A stretch of DNA of 35,859 nt from a virus (taxonomy: Duplodnaviria; Caudoviricetes). Below, piece by piece: positions 1 through 9,103 of the stretch. The number at the start of each line of letters is the position of its first letter. Within the stretch, counting starts at the first letter, position 1. The notes under the pieces were generated by a model that was not told the DNA's origin, did no database searches, and was given only the letters and a program-made list of their open reading frames with translations. The DNA is taken from positions 1-35,859 of IMG/VR virus record IMGVR_UViG_3300025066_000075. One strand, 5' to 3'. A program made the position numbers and the translations under genes.

Positions 1-93
1 CTCCAAATTCGTGTTGGTACTTGTGCCCCAGGTTCCCGATTCATCACCTGTAGCAATTTCTTTTAGTCTTAGATCATTTACATAGGTTGCCAT
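1..93 (-). CDS. N-terminal fragment of a tail fibre/virion protein (runs off the window start)
   Basis: Not in the ORF track. Read by hand: ATG at 93 gives MATYVNDLRLKEIATGDESGTWGTSTNTNLE, with GAGG upstream. The ATGDESGTWG..TNTNL start is typical of marine phage fibre proteins. Confidence 0.7.
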   Translation of the reverse strand, partial: MATYVNDLRLKEIATGDESGTWGTSTNTNLE

Positions 94-135
94 TATATGC
101 CTCTATTTATTTAATTGATTATAGTCTTTATACAT

Positions 136-834
136 CTATGCCGCAACATCTGTCCAATCCGGGGACTGAGATTCATCTATTTCCGACCAATTCGGTGTTT
201 GAGAATCATCAATTACGGCCCATTCAGCGTCTTGTCCTGGAATAACTTCACTCCAAACCAATACTTGGCTAATATGCCCGGTTCCTGCAAGCCCGGTAAC
301 TGCAATAGTCACATGAGTTGTGGCTGTTATATCACCCAGACTGCTTGTCATCGCATCCAAAGTGACCGATATAACATTATTAGTCGTTAGAGTTATTGTT
401 CCTAACGATGTTGTGCCCGCTAATCCTGTAGGATAAACATTGGCATCACAGGTAACAGTTTCATCGCCTTGAGAAACTGTCGATGCTGTTCCACTAACCC
501 CTGTAACGGCGGTACCGTTGGCAATAACTGTGCCAACTGCTCCTGTTGCTGCTAGTCCTGTTTCTGCAACATTGGCATCAGCACTAACTGTTTCAGTGCC
601 TAAAGCAGTGGTTCCTGCTAATCCTGTAACAGAAACATTAGCAACACCGGTAACCGTAAGCGAACTTACCGCACCAGTAGCCGCCACTCCTGTTTCTGCA
701 ACATTTGCATCACAGGTAATGGTTAAAGAACTTACAGCACCGGTTCCCGCCAAGCCGGTAAGCTCAACAGGTACGGGATTACCCCATGTCCCAGAACCCC
801 AGGTACTCCGACCCCAGCCAGTAATAGCAGCCAT
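136..834 (-). CDS. Thr/Gly/Ala/Val-rich virion structural protein (fibre/spike-like, internal repeats)
   Basis: Repeated (V/E)TG(L/V)A(G/A)TGAV units, N-terminal WG.(S/G)TWG repeats, C-terminal W..ID.SQ.P.W repeats; lies in the tail module. Confidence 0.65.
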   Translation of the reverse strand: MAAITGWGRSTWGSGTWGNPVPVELTGLAGTGAVSSLTITCDANVAETGVAATGAVSSLTVTGVANVSVTGLAGTTALGTETVSADANVAETGLAATGAVGTVIANGTAVTGVSGTASTVSQGDETVTCDANVYPTGLAGTTSLGTITLTTNNVISVTLDAMTSSLGDITATTHVTIAVTGLAGTGHISQVLVWSEVIPGQDAEWAVIDDSQTPNWSEIDESQSPDWTDVAA

Positions 835-843
835 TAGCTACCC

Positions 844-1275
844 TTACGCTATTCTAATAACAGCGTTACTTGCGTCTGCGGTTGGGAAAGATATGGTAAA
901 GCTACCTGCGGTGCTGGTTTTATCGCCACCGAAATCAAAAACTGCAACTGCTGGATCACCAGTAGCTGTGTCGTTGAAAATCATGCAGCCTCTTGCCGTA
1001 ATTGTGCAAGTACCAAACGTCAAATCAGCAAAATCGGTAAACGCAGTCGTTCCCGATGTGGTCGGGTCGATTCTGGTTAAACTTCCACCTTTAGCGGTGT
1101 AGTTTGTTCCTGTTGCCTCTTGGCTAGTGGAATAAGCTGTGGTAGCAGCACTCATAGTAGCTGAACTGGTATACAGGGCTAACTTGAAGGTGTCGCCTCC
1201 AGAAAGTAAAAAATCGTGCTTCGCTTCTAAAAGTTCTTTTTTAAAAGAGGTACACATAGCCTGAGTTATAGCCAT
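844..1275 (-). CDS. conserved phage tail/structural protein
   Basis: MAITQAMCTSFK.ELL..HDF....FKLALY...DFGGDKTST.G.FTI.FP pattern, a familiar uncultured-phage structural family; coupled to upstream stop. Confidence 0.7.
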   Translation of the reverse strand: MAITQAMCTSFKKELLEAKHDFLLSGGDTFKLALYTSSATMSAATTAYSTSQEATGTNYTAKGGSLTRIDPTTSGTTAFTDFADLTFGTCTITARGCMIFNDTATGDPAVAVFDFGGDKTSTAGSFTISFPTADASNAVIRIA

Positions 1276-1568
1276 TATAGTCTCCTAATAATTTCAGCTA
1301 AGTCTTTATGACCTTGCTGTTCTAATTTATTGCCTATTGTACACATGTGGTTTTTAATTGCCTCTTGCATATAATAAGTAATTACCGTATGACACATTTT
1401 TTTAAAAGCATGGGCTTGTGCTCTAATTGGGTCCGGCGCTGTGTCGCTCACCGAAACCAGTTTATTAGTAGCCATTTCAGCGACTTCTTCTACTGTATGG
1501 CCTCTACCATGTGTTGTCTTTACTCCAAGGTTTCCTATGGAGATTGTAAATGAATCAGTTTCCATCAA
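1275..1568 (-). CDS. conserved phage hypothetical protein
   Basis: Overlapping start/stop with both neighbours; APDPIRAQAHAF motif. Confidence 0.65.
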   Translation of the reverse strand: MMETDSFTISIGNLGVKTTHGRGHTVEEVAEMATNKLVSVSDTAPDPIRAQAHAFKKMCHTVITYYMQEAIKNHMCTIGNKLEQQGHKDLAEIIRRL

Positions 1569-2269
1569 TATTTCTCTGGTTCTGGTGGACCAATGTCTTG
1601 TCTTCCTGAAATTCCTGAAGGCCTCTCTTCCTTAACAATATCGGAAAATTTTCCAACAACTAATTCACCTTTGTTTAAATATACTACAGGAGGATTATCA
1701 AGTCTATGGTAGCCATATAGCTTTTCCTTTAGGGGAATGTTGGTGTCCAGTATTGGAGAATGGCCGCCAATAGAAACCTCCATGCCTGCATCCATGCACT
1801 TAGATAACCAAAATTCACAACAGCCTCTCCCCGACTCACCAAAATAAACATTCGATTTATAAGCAAAGTCTGCTCCAAAAAGACTGAGCTTCCCTACCTT
1901 TTTCCATAAAGCAAAGGCAATAGCATAAGCAATCGTATTGTTTAGATAGGCACAACCCAAGTCTTTAACAACTTCCTCTATGGGAAATAACTTTATCGCT
2001 GGAACCCGATTATCGAGTTCACAAGAATAAACTGGAATTTCTAGTTTAGGAAGGGTCCTACACATTATTTTTGTTTGTGGTCCCGCGTCAAAGGTGTCAA
2101 AAAATCGAGAAACAGGATCCATCACAAAAACACGATCACATTTAATAACGGCACACATAGAATTAATGGCCCAAACCTCGTTATATTCCTGACTATGACT
2201 AATAGACATGTGAAAATCCAATTGACTTTGCCCCATAGCAACCAGTGCAATGTGTTTATTCTCAAGCAT
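1565..2269 (-). CDS. MptE/Maf (DUF115)/CstII-like nucleotide-sugar-transferase-fold protein
   Basis: N-terminal IALVAMGQS, VWAIN, F.MD and NNTIAYAIAFAL...KLSLFGADF motifs, typical of this Rossmann-like family. Confidence 0.5.
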   Translation of the reverse strand: MLENKHIALVAMGQSQLDFHMSISHSQEYNEVWAINSMCAVIKCDRVFVMDPVSRFFDTFDAGPQTKIMCRTLPKLEIPVYSCELDNRVPAIKLFPIEEVVKDLGCAYLNNTIAYAIAFALWKKVGKLSLFGADFAYKSNVYFGESGRGCCEFWLSKCMDAGMEVSIGGHSPILDTNIPLKEKLYGYHRLDNPPVVYLNKGELVVGKFSDIVKEERPSGISGRQDIGPPEPEKY

Positions 2270-2926
2270 TTATTGTGGGGCAGTAGCACCGCGCTGTTTA
2301 TCAAAACGGTTTTCGTCTCTGGTGGCTCTTCCTTCCATTAAATTTGTAACTCTAACAAGATTTTCTTGGAAACGTTGTTCAAACATATTAGTTTCATTTA
2401 GATCTTGTTTTAAGAAAATGCTCGCTTCTACTAAAGAACCGTATAGCAACAAATCTGGAGTATTGTCTGAAATCCAGGTTGTGCCGCTATCCCCAGCCGC
2501 TGTTAATGAAGCGGGTTGGTACAGATAATGTAGTTCAAAAGTCAGATTAGCGTTCGGTGTTGGTGATAAAATAAACGTATCGTCATCAAACTGCCCGTAG
2601 TATTTAGGCACCCCGGTTGTTGCGGCTGCTTGGACATAATTACGCATAAAACTAGGGTGTTTTAACAGTAAATAAGTGTACTCACTGTCGCTGTTTAAAA
2701 CAGCTAAACTTAAAGGGGCCACGAAATCCGAAGGCGTTGAAAGATATTGGTTTCCCGATGAAGCGGTACCTGTGACATTTTTACGAAACACATTAAGTTC
2801 AATCGTATTAAATATACGGTTTTCCGCCTGTTTAATAAAAGTATCAAGCGTATTAGTAAACGTCGTTTCAGAACTGTCCATGTAGTTCTGAATCGCTGTT
2901 TTCATTCCACTATAGGTAAAACTCAT
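2270..2926 (-). CDS. head-tail adaptor / tail tubular protein
   Basis: TY..(L/M)KTAIQ.Y, FI.QAE.RI, P.YY, L.PTP, PD.LLYG.L.EA..F.K motifs of podovirus adaptor proteins. Confidence 0.65.
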   Translation of the reverse strand: MSFTYSGMKTAIQNYMDSSETTFTNTLDTFIKQAENRIFNTIELNVFRKNVTGTASSGNQYLSTPSDFVAPLSLAVLNSDSEYTYLLLKHPSFMRNYVQAAATTGVPKYYGQFDDDTFILSPTPNANLTFELHYLYQPASLTAAGDSGTTWISDNTPDLLLYGSLVEASIFLKQDLNETNMFEQRFQENLVRVTNLMEGRATRDENRFDKQRGATAPQ

Positions 2927-3684
2927 GTTGTCGGTCCTGCGGTTACTGTAGAACCACCACCAGTAATATCACCGGTAGTAGCCGTCCCTGTTGAAGTAAA
3001 CTTATATTCGTTGCTGTCCACAACTGTTATTGTATACCCATCTGAACTTTCAAGCACGGCTGTTGTTATTCCATCAAAGGCTTCCGTTTTTCTAAGGCGT
3101 ACAGTATCCCCTGTGGTTCTAACATGTTTAAACTCGGTTACGCGAATCACTGCATTTGCTCCAGAGGCTTCAGCTCTAAAAGGGTTTAATGGTAAAAGCG
3201 CTTGTGCCGGACCCACTGAAACAAAAACTCCTCCGCCTCTGGCTCCACTTGTACCGGTTCCAGCAACAGCTGAAAAAGTATAGGTGTCATCGTCCACTTT
3301 TGTAATTGCATAAGCATCTGGATCAGTTATCGTTGCAACAGTGAACCCATCAAAAGCTTCTGCTCCTCTAAAACGTACTTTGTCCCCGGTACTTCGACCA
3401 TGGTCGTCTTCAAAAACCTTAATAACCGCACTCCCTGCTGTTGAAAGAAAAGGATTATTGGTCAACAAAGCCTCTGCAACCGGCTCTGTTCTAGCAGGAC
3501 GCGGGTTTCTTAAAGCCTGTGGGTCAGCTAGAATATGTGGAGGATCTAGTTGAGGGTGTTTTGTATCAAACTGATCTGGACCAACACGAAGACCATTCCA
3601 CTGCATTTTCATGGTTTTTAGTTTGTATCTTTGCCCAGAAATATCGCAAATTCCCCAAGCATGTTTTCCTGCCGAAAAAGCCAT
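2923..3684 (-). CDS. virion protein: conserved N-terminal domain plus two FCCH-like beta domains
   Basis: GICD.SG.RY...W.G..V....KHPQL N-terminus, followed by a duplicated NPF...VI.V.E..H.R.TGD.VR.R..EAFDG.T.A domain. Confidence 0.6.
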   Translation of the reverse strand: MAFSAGKHAWGICDISGQRYKLKTMKMQWNGLRVGPDQFDTKHPQLDPPHILADPQALRNPRPARTEPVAEALLTNNPFLSTAGSAVIKVFEDDHGRSTGDKVRFRGAEAFDGFTVATITDPDAYAITKVDDDTYTFSAVAGTGTSGARGGGVFVSVGPAQALLPLNPFRAEASGANAVIRVTEFKHVRTTGDTVRLRKTEAFDGITTAVLESSDGYTITVVDSNEYKFTSTGTATTGDITGGGSTVTAGPTT

Positions 3685-4343
3685 TAGATGACTACTCTAG
3701 GCGGCACAAACCTGGAACTTACTGTATCAATGTCTTCAAAAGCCGCTCTATCAAACTCCTCATCATATATCTGCTTTAATATTTGTATTCTGTCTGGAGC
3801 TCTTTTCATAGCAATGTAGTACGCTAGTCCCGCTGTCATACAAGGAAGAAAACGAAAAACTGCTTCCATATTATTGGTGTAGTCTCCTGCATCTTGCATC
3901 CTAGTTAACGCATAATAGTAAATAACATCTGTAGAGTTTTCTGGGGTTGGGTATAAATAAATACGAGGAGTTATGTGCCTTTCTAAAAAGAATTGAGTAG
4001 GCCTAGCTTTGTCTGATTTTTTAGGGGTATAAAGAAAATCTGATCTACTAATTCTTTCAAGCTGGAAATCCGTGCTATCACGTTGGATGACAGCTGAAGT
4101 AATATCAATAACATCTGTGCCTAGATCAGCATAATTAGTGCCTTCGGTAACTGTAAAATTACTTTTGGTGATTAACCATTGGTTAAGGCCTCTGTTTGCC
4201 CATTCAGCAATCATAAGGTTCAAGGAACGACGTGCGGTTTCTAAATCGTAACCAGTACGAAGCTCAATTCCACACCTCTCGTATGCTTCTTCAATGAGCT
4301 CATCGACACTCAAGTCGAATGTCGTTGTTCCTGAAGTCGCCAT
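3684..4343 (-). CDS. head-tail connector / tail tubular protein A-like (P22 gp4-like)
   Basis: MATSGT..F.L...E.IEEAYERCG...RTGYD..TARRSLNL...EWANRGLN.W; GLAYY...K; position downstream of the capsid. Confidence 0.65.
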   Translation of the reverse strand: MATSGTTTFDLSVDELIEEAYERCGIELRTGYDLETARRSLNLMIAEWANRGLNQWLITKSNFTVTEGTNYADLGTDVIDITSAVIQRDSTDFQLERISRSDFLYTPKKSDKARPTQFFLERHITPRIYLYPTPENSTDVIYYYALTRMQDAGDYTNNMEAVFRFLPCMTAGLAYYIAMKRAPDRIQILKQIYDEEFDRAAFEDIDTVSSRFVPPRVVI

Positions 4344-4345
4344 GA

Positions 4346-4537
4346 TTAACGCCTACGAAGAGTTTTCTTCGGTTTTTGCGTTTTTTGCGTTTTTGCTATT
4401 GGGTCAGAAATCTGGCCCACATATCCACTACCAGTCCCTACTTTAACCATACCGCCGCCTTTATAGCCTTTGGTCTTGGATTTAGTCCAATCTACTCCTT
4501 CTTGTATTGCTCTTCTTCTGTTTGTTAATCCGGGCAT
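4346..4537 (-). CDS. small basic virion-associated protein
   Basis: Lys/Arg-rich, contains GYKGGGMV; GGAG RBS; fits between structural genes. Confidence 0.6.
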   Translation of the reverse strand: MPGLTNRRRAIQEGVDWTKSKTKGYKGGGMVKVGTGSGYVGQISDPIAKTQKTQKPKKTLRRR

Positions 4538-4546
4538 TATTTACTC

Positions 4547-4969
4547 CTAATTATTGGGTGCTTCGTAATATTTCAAAAACTCACACCAAACTGTGTATTC
4601 ATTTCCTGCATCTGACGTTGAAGGGATTACCAAAAGAACGTCTCCTGAATAGCCTGACGCTTCCGTATTAACTAAGCCCCCAATGGAGCTAAAATCAAAC
4701 GTGTTGTCATAAGCTAGGGTCAAAAAAGTAACGTCCGTTGTTGCGTCCCAATCAAGCGATGCCGGTGCATCCGGGGCACCGCTACAGGTGTACCATATTT
4801 TATTTAAAGCCACATGCGTACATGTTTCTTTATTCGCCGACTGGTTCAAAGCTGAAACGTCAACTAAAGTGGTACTGCTAGCACTTCCATCTGAATAAAC
4901 AGAACAATATGTGACTAATTTCTTGTCATAATCATATTGAATAGTGGGTCCTGTGACTGTATTAGCCAT
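4547..4969 (-). CDS. phage structural protein
   Basis: MANTVT start, VDVSAL and DFS.IGG motifs; within the capsid/tail operon. Confidence 0.6.
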   Translation of the reverse strand: MANTVTGPTIQYDYDKKLVTYCSVYSDGSASSTTLVDVSALNQSANKETCTHVALNKIWYTCSGAPDAPASLDWDATTDVTFLTLAYDNTFDFSSIGGLVNTEASGYSGDVLLVIPSTSDAGNEYTVWCEFLKYYEAPNN

Positions 4970-4982
4970 AATCTACCCCCTA

Positions 4983-5492
4983 TTAAGCGTCAGCAAATGG
5001 TGTTACTAAAGTTCCTGAACCAAGTAGCTGTGCTGCAACATGGTATTTAGCACTTGCTATTGCACTAACAACTACAATACTTCCGGCTAAGCCGCCTTTA
5101 GTTGAGCCGTTTTGTGTAATAACATCATTGGAAGAACCAGAAATAAAGGTTTTCCCTGCTGCACTGTCATCAATACCAGTATAAGCGCCACCGACAAATT
5201 TGTCCGTGCCGTCTGTTACGATGTCCATGTCTGTTGCCGCTGTAACAACTACGAAAGTGAACTGAGCACCTAAGTTACATAATTGATTTGGGTCGCCTTT
5301 GTCTGTAGGTTCTGTAACAACAATACTAGGCAGAGTGAATACTCCGTCCGCATCATTACACAATAATATCCTACCAGCATGAGACGCCACTGTGATAGTC
5401 GTGTTAGCTGTTAAACTAACAACTGAGCTATAGCCCGCATTTATAAGACCTGCTAAAGACCTTATAGGGCCTGAAAAGGTTGATTTTGCCAT
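4983..5492 (-). CDS. capsid-associated (decoration/fibre) protein
   Basis: MAKSTFSGP(I/V)RS start and TPFAD end; first gene after the major capsid gene; GGAGG RBS. Confidence 0.6.
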   Translation of the reverse strand: MAKSTFSGPIRSLAGLINAGYSSVVSLTANTTITVASHAGRILLCNDADGVFTLPSIVVTEPTDKGDPNQLCNLGAQFTFVVVTAATDMDIVTDGTDKFVGGAYTGIDDSAAGKTFISGSSNDVITQNGSTKGGLAGSIVVVSAIASAKYHVAAQLLGSGTLVTPFADA

Positions 5493-5513
5493 AATTTCCT
5501 CCGTTGGAAATAA

Positions 5514-5568
5514 GTCCTACCGTCTTGGCTTGTCTGCTAGGTCAGTCTGTAGGACAAGTTTACCCTAG
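5514..5568 (-). ncRNA. candidate pseudoknotted cis-regulatory RNA upstream of the post-capsid gene
   Basis: GTCCTAC/GTAGGAC stem (5514-5520 with 5549-5555). Inner CUG-ACCUAG-CAG hairpin whose loop complements the upstream CUAGG (5564-5568). Three AGAC words. Confidence 0.4.
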
Positions 5569-5590
5569 ATACAATAAACATATTACTTGG

Positions 5591-5645
5591 AAAGAATAGA
5601 AAAAGAAAGAAGAAAGTGTGCCGGGTTGAGTAAGAAACCCCCGGC
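5591..5645 (-). terminator. probable intrinsic terminator after the major capsid gene
   Basis: GCCGGG...CCCGGC stem (5620-5645) followed on the minus strand by a long pyrimidine/U-rich run. Confidence 0.55.
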
Positions 5646-5661
5646 GAGGTTCCATATTAGG

Positions 5662-6570
5662 TTATGCTCCAGGGCTACCGAATACTGTTCGTGGATCGGA
5701 CCATCCGAACGAGTATCTTTCTCTAGCCTTATAACGCACATTGCCAGTGTCAAAATCAGCTTCCATAGAAGTTCTGATTGGCGAACGGTCAAACATTTTG
5801 AATCCGTTCGGACAATCAGTCTTTATGAACCATGCGTCGGTGTCTGTCAGATAATGATTTACTGTATATCCTTCTGGGACCATGCCCATATTCTTAACAG
5901 CATTAATATCATTGTCCGCTGTAGCCACACGACCTGGTGTTTCCAACAATCTGTCGGCAGTGAACTGTAGTTCTTTAGGAATAATTAGTTTCATTCCTTG
6001 AAGAGCTACTTTCAAACCACGCTCGTCAGTAAAAGCTGCAATGTCAATTAGTGCTTGTTCCAATGAAGTTTCATTCAGATCAGCTGCCGTAGAAAGCTCA
6101 TTACGCAGATTAGCACCACCCACAGTTGGATGGTCTGTCGCGCAAAGTTCTTTCGTGTCGCCGCCTGGATAACTTGAATTGAAAGCTCTATTTAACACAG
6201 AAGCCGACTTGACTTGCTTGGTATTCGCCATACTACGAGCTAGCGCGCGAGTATATCTTGCTGACAGTCTGTCATACAAGTTATCTTCTACTGCTTCCTC
6301 GGTAATTGAAAACGCCAATGCAATCGTTTCGTGAGTGTATCTTGATGTAAACGCTTCTTGCGCTTGATCAAAAGCCACTCCTGCTCCTTCTGACTTAACG
6401 GGTGCGGTATCGAAACCTGTCAACATTACTTCTTCTTCAAAAGCACGATCACTTGACTCCATATCATAAATTTCTTCATGTTCTTTGTCATATCTATCGT
6501 ACTCAAGTCCAAATAATGCGTTCAGGCCTGGAAGCAATTCTTTAACCAATTGTGCTCTACTAATTGCCAT
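5662..6570 (-). CDS. major capsid protein (HK97 fold, Mu gpT-like family)
   Basis: MAISRAQLVKEL.PGLNALFGLEY, SDRAFEEEV, RYTHETIALAF.ITEEA.EDNLYD, DFDTGNVRYKARERYSFG.SDPR motifs; GGAG RBS. Confidence 0.9.
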   Translation of the reverse strand: MAISRAQLVKELLPGLNALFGLEYDRYDKEHEEIYDMESSDRAFEEEVMLTGFDTAPVKSEGAGVAFDQAQEAFTSRYTHETIALAFSITEEAVEDNLYDRLSARYTRALARSMANTKQVKSASVLNRAFNSSYPGGDTKELCATDHPTVGGANLRNELSTAADLNETSLEQALIDIAAFTDERGLKVALQGMKLIIPKELQFTADRLLETPGRVATADNDINAVKNMGMVPEGYTVNHYLTDTDAWFIKTDCPNGFKMFDRSPIRTSMEADFDTGNVRYKARERYSFGWSDPRTVFGSPGA

Positions 6571-6581
6571 TTAAATTACTC

Positions 6582-7163
6582 CTAAGTTCCTGCAACAGGA
6601 CCTCTATAAGCGTGCTCGTTGATTATTACAACCAAATTTGCATTATTCGCTGTGAGATCACCATTAATGTCATCTTGAACAACCCCAACGATTTTAAGCT
6701 GAAGCCCTTGCGTTGTGTTTATTGTGCTAGAGTCGAGTTCGCGTGTCGCAACACCTGTTGTCGTACTACCGCCAATACCGTCAGTATCAGCATTTCTGCC
6801 TATACATGTGACGGCTGAAGCACCATCCGCTTGAACAACAAACATTTGATTTGGGTCGTCATAGATATATGCTTCTATGGCTCCACTTCCAAGTGCCGTT
6901 GTATCAGCTGGATAGTAATTCTTAAAGGTAGGCGTTCCGTCAGAAGCAACATAGTAACAGTGTGAAAACACACCAACAATATTGGCAGAACTAGCTGCCG
7001 CTCTTTCAATATAACCACCGTTAAATATGGTAATGTCACCTTGAAAGATGTTTGTATCGTATCCAGAGGGATTAATACTGTACTTGTTTGCTTCTTGAAC
7101 AGCGGAACCGACATTAAGACCTTTATAAGGTCTTAAACCAAAGGCTTTGTCTACATTTGCCAT
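6582..7163 (-). CDS. capsid cement/decoration protein
   Basis: MAN.D..FGLRP start, IF.GD, DDP..(M/L)F..QAD, INEH; immediately upstream of the capsid gene. Confidence 0.65.
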   Translation of the reverse strand: MANVDKAFGLRPYKGLNVGSAVQEANKYSINPSGYDTNIFQGDITIFNGGYIERAAASSANIVGVFSHCYYVASDGTPTFKNYYPADTTALGSGAIEAYIYDDPNQMFVVQADGASAVTCIGRNADTDGIGGSTTTGVATRELDSSTINTTQGLQLKIVGVVQDDINGDLTANNANLVVIINEHAYRGPVAGT

Positions 7164-7203
7164 TTAAACTTTCCTCTATTTCAAGAATTAATATTAAGAA
7201 CCC

Positions 7204-7689
7204 CTAGTTCGATGAACTCTGAGTTCCGCCAATTGTTACGCGAGATTGTCTATTAGGTCTATTAATAGACATGCTGGAGTGCGTTCCGTCTTTCATCAAA
7301 TCGTTGTCTACAGCATCCATTTGCCCTTGTTCCTTTGCAGTGAAAAAGGCGCTTCTTTCCTGTACAGTTTCGATTGGAATCCGACATAAAATCAATCCTC
7401 CAACTCCGATTACTCCTTGAAATTTTCCTTCATCCAATACGGGTGAATCAAAATCAGGATATTCGTCTGCTCTCACAGGCTCCCATCCTTCTCGAAGTCT
7501 GGCCATAACATTCTTTTGATCGTCATTGCCTCTAACTTCCATTCTTACCCAACGGTGAACGTATCCTTCAGGAGGATTCGGTGCATCCAAAGCGGATGGT
7601 GGGGCCCAAGGTTTTCTCGCTGCTTTTTTCTCACGAGTCTGGGCTTCGCGTGGTTCGCGACTTTCGTCGACTTTATTATTTTTTTGCAT
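7204..7689 (-). CDS. conserved phage head-module protein
   Basis: W.PPS.LDAP.PP.G..HRW.R, LREGWE.VRADEY, GVIGVGGL.L.RIP motifs. Start moved to ATG 7689 (GGAG RBS); the track gives 7728. Confidence 0.7.
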   Translation of the reverse strand: MQKNNKVDESREPREAQTREKKAARKPWAPPSALDAPNPPEGYVHRWVRMEVRGNDDQKNVMARLREGWEPVRADEYPDFDSPVLDEGKFQGVIGVGGLILCRIPIETVQERSAFFTAKEQGQMDAVDNDLMKDGTHSSMSINRPNRQSRVTIGGTQSSSN

Positions 7690-7702
7690 TGTTGTCTCCA
7701 CG

Positions 7703-8638
7703 TTATTCAACATATTTCGCGTATTCATCTAAAGGCACACCCAATTTCTTAGCTATTGCTACCTGTGAAGGTGTGAGTCTCACGGTTTTGCGTCCAATCT
7801 TAGCGCTGCGTTTTGCAGGAGCTACTGCTTGAACGGGTCGGTTTGTTTGATTTGCTGCCGCATCAAAACGATGTGGAAACTCATCTCGAATCCGTTTATC
7901 TATCTCACTATAGTACTCATTGCTTGCTGCGTCAAACCCTTCGTTGAGAAGATCTTGGTGAATTACAAAAGAAGTCATGGTCATGGCTCTGTCTTCGCCG
8001 AACCAAGAGTTGTCTTCTGCCCAAGCTTCTGCTTTAGGATCAGGAGGCGCAGGACGAGATTGCTGTTCTTGTGGATAGTCCTGTGAAAACTGTTGTGGTG
8101 CAACCACTTGTTGTTCTTGAACTGCTCTACTTTGATTGAGTGCCTGTACGCGTTGGGCCTCTACTGCAAGAGCAGCTAGTTTTTGTTGTGCTTCAACTTG
8201 TTTATCTGTGTTTTGTTCTTCGTTTGCTGATTTTAATAAATTTTTTGTGGCTTCGGTTTCAGCTGTGATTCGATTAGCTTCTGAAACAATATAATTGCTG
8301 TCTATGTTCTGCTTTTGTTGTTTTAGTGTTGAGTTTTCTTTATATACGTTTTGCGCATATTGAGTTGCTGCTTTTTCTCTTCGTTCTGCTTCGCGCAATT
8401 TTCCTGTTAGTTTGTCAATTCGTTTTTTTACGTTCTTGCTATATTCTTCGTGCTCGTCTTTTTCTTCTACAGCCTCTACTGTTTCTTCTGGTTTGTTCTC
8501 CAAAATTGGTTTTGAAGGCGTTACGGCCTCAAAAGAAGGAACGGCGTCTTCTGAAAGTTCTACGTCTACTTCGGGGCCTGTATCATCAATTGGTACAAGC
8601 TCTTCAGCTGCATTTAAGTTTAGTTTATGTTTTGGCAT
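7703..8638 (-). CDS. probable capsid scaffolding protein
   Basis: Acidic N-terminus, coiled-coil core (YS..V.KRI.KLT...REAERRE), PDPKA..WA..N.WFG, C-terminal V.LT.SQVAIAKKLGVPL.EYAK. Confidence 0.7.
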   Translation of the reverse strand: MPKHKLNLNAAEELVPIDDTGPEVDVELSEDAVPSFEAVTPSKPILENKPEETVEAVEEKDEHEEYSKNVKKRIDKLTGKLREAERREKAATQYAQNVYKENSTLKQQKQNIDSNYIVSEANRITAETEATKNLLKSANEEQNTDKQVEAQQKLAALAVEAQRVQALNQSRAVQEQQVVAPQQFSQDYPQEQQSRPAPPDPKAEAWAEDNSWFGEDRAMTMTSFVIHQDLLNEGFDAASNEYYSEIDKRIRDEFPHRFDAAANQTNRPVQAVAPAKRSAKIGRKTVRLTPSQVAIAKKLGVPLDEYAKYVE

Positions 8639-8653
8639 GGGTCTTTCCTCATG

Positions 8654-9103
8654 TTAAAGTTGATGCAGAATTGCTTCTGGGTCTGCTACTCTTGCAATGA
8701 TTTCATCATCGTTGAGTATTTTTATTTCACCGCCCTCAATTTGAAAACGAGAACCGGCGTATCGTCCAAACAATACCCAATCTCCTTCTTCGCACCAAGG
8801 TCCAGTAGAAAATCTTTCTCCGTTATAGGCCAAAGGACCTATTTTTAGGACATAGCCTAGAACGGTGTTTATTTGCTGTCTTCCAAGTGTTTCGTCTGTT
8901 AGCTCAATTCCTCCTTTTGTGGTTCTTTTCCCTCTGTAAGGAAGAACCATTATTCGCCACCCTGTTGGTTCAGGAAGCTGCTCCAATAATGTGTTTTCTA
9001 TTTTTTCGGGGTTTAGAGTTGTGCCTTCATCATAGGCTTTTTCCAAAGGAGTTTTGTTTTCCTCTTCTTCTGCCCACTTTTTTTCTAACGCTGTATTAGT
9101 CAT
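8654..9103 (-). CDS. groES: phage co-chaperonin GroES (Cpn10)
   Basis: P.G.RI.V.P, T.GGI.L, V.K.GP, GD.V.F.RYAG, I.G.E..ILNDDEII motifs of Cpn10, with a ~40-aa N-terminal extension. Confidence 0.85.
   Translation of the reverse strand: MTNTALEKKWAEEEENKTPLEKAYDEGTTLNPEKIENTLLEQLPEPTGWRIMVLPYRGKRTTKGGIELTDETLGRQQINTVLGYVLKIGPLAYNGERFSTGPWCEEGDWVLFGRYAGSRFQIEGGEIKILNDDEIIARVADPEAILHQL

Noticed and set aside
518-1102. 194-aa plus-strand ORF
   Set aside because: Antisense shadow of two well-supported minus-strand structural genes.
5583-5792. Overlapping ORF suggesting a capsid frameshift extension
   Set aside because: No slippery site was seen near the capsid stop, and the extension would only translate the terminator.
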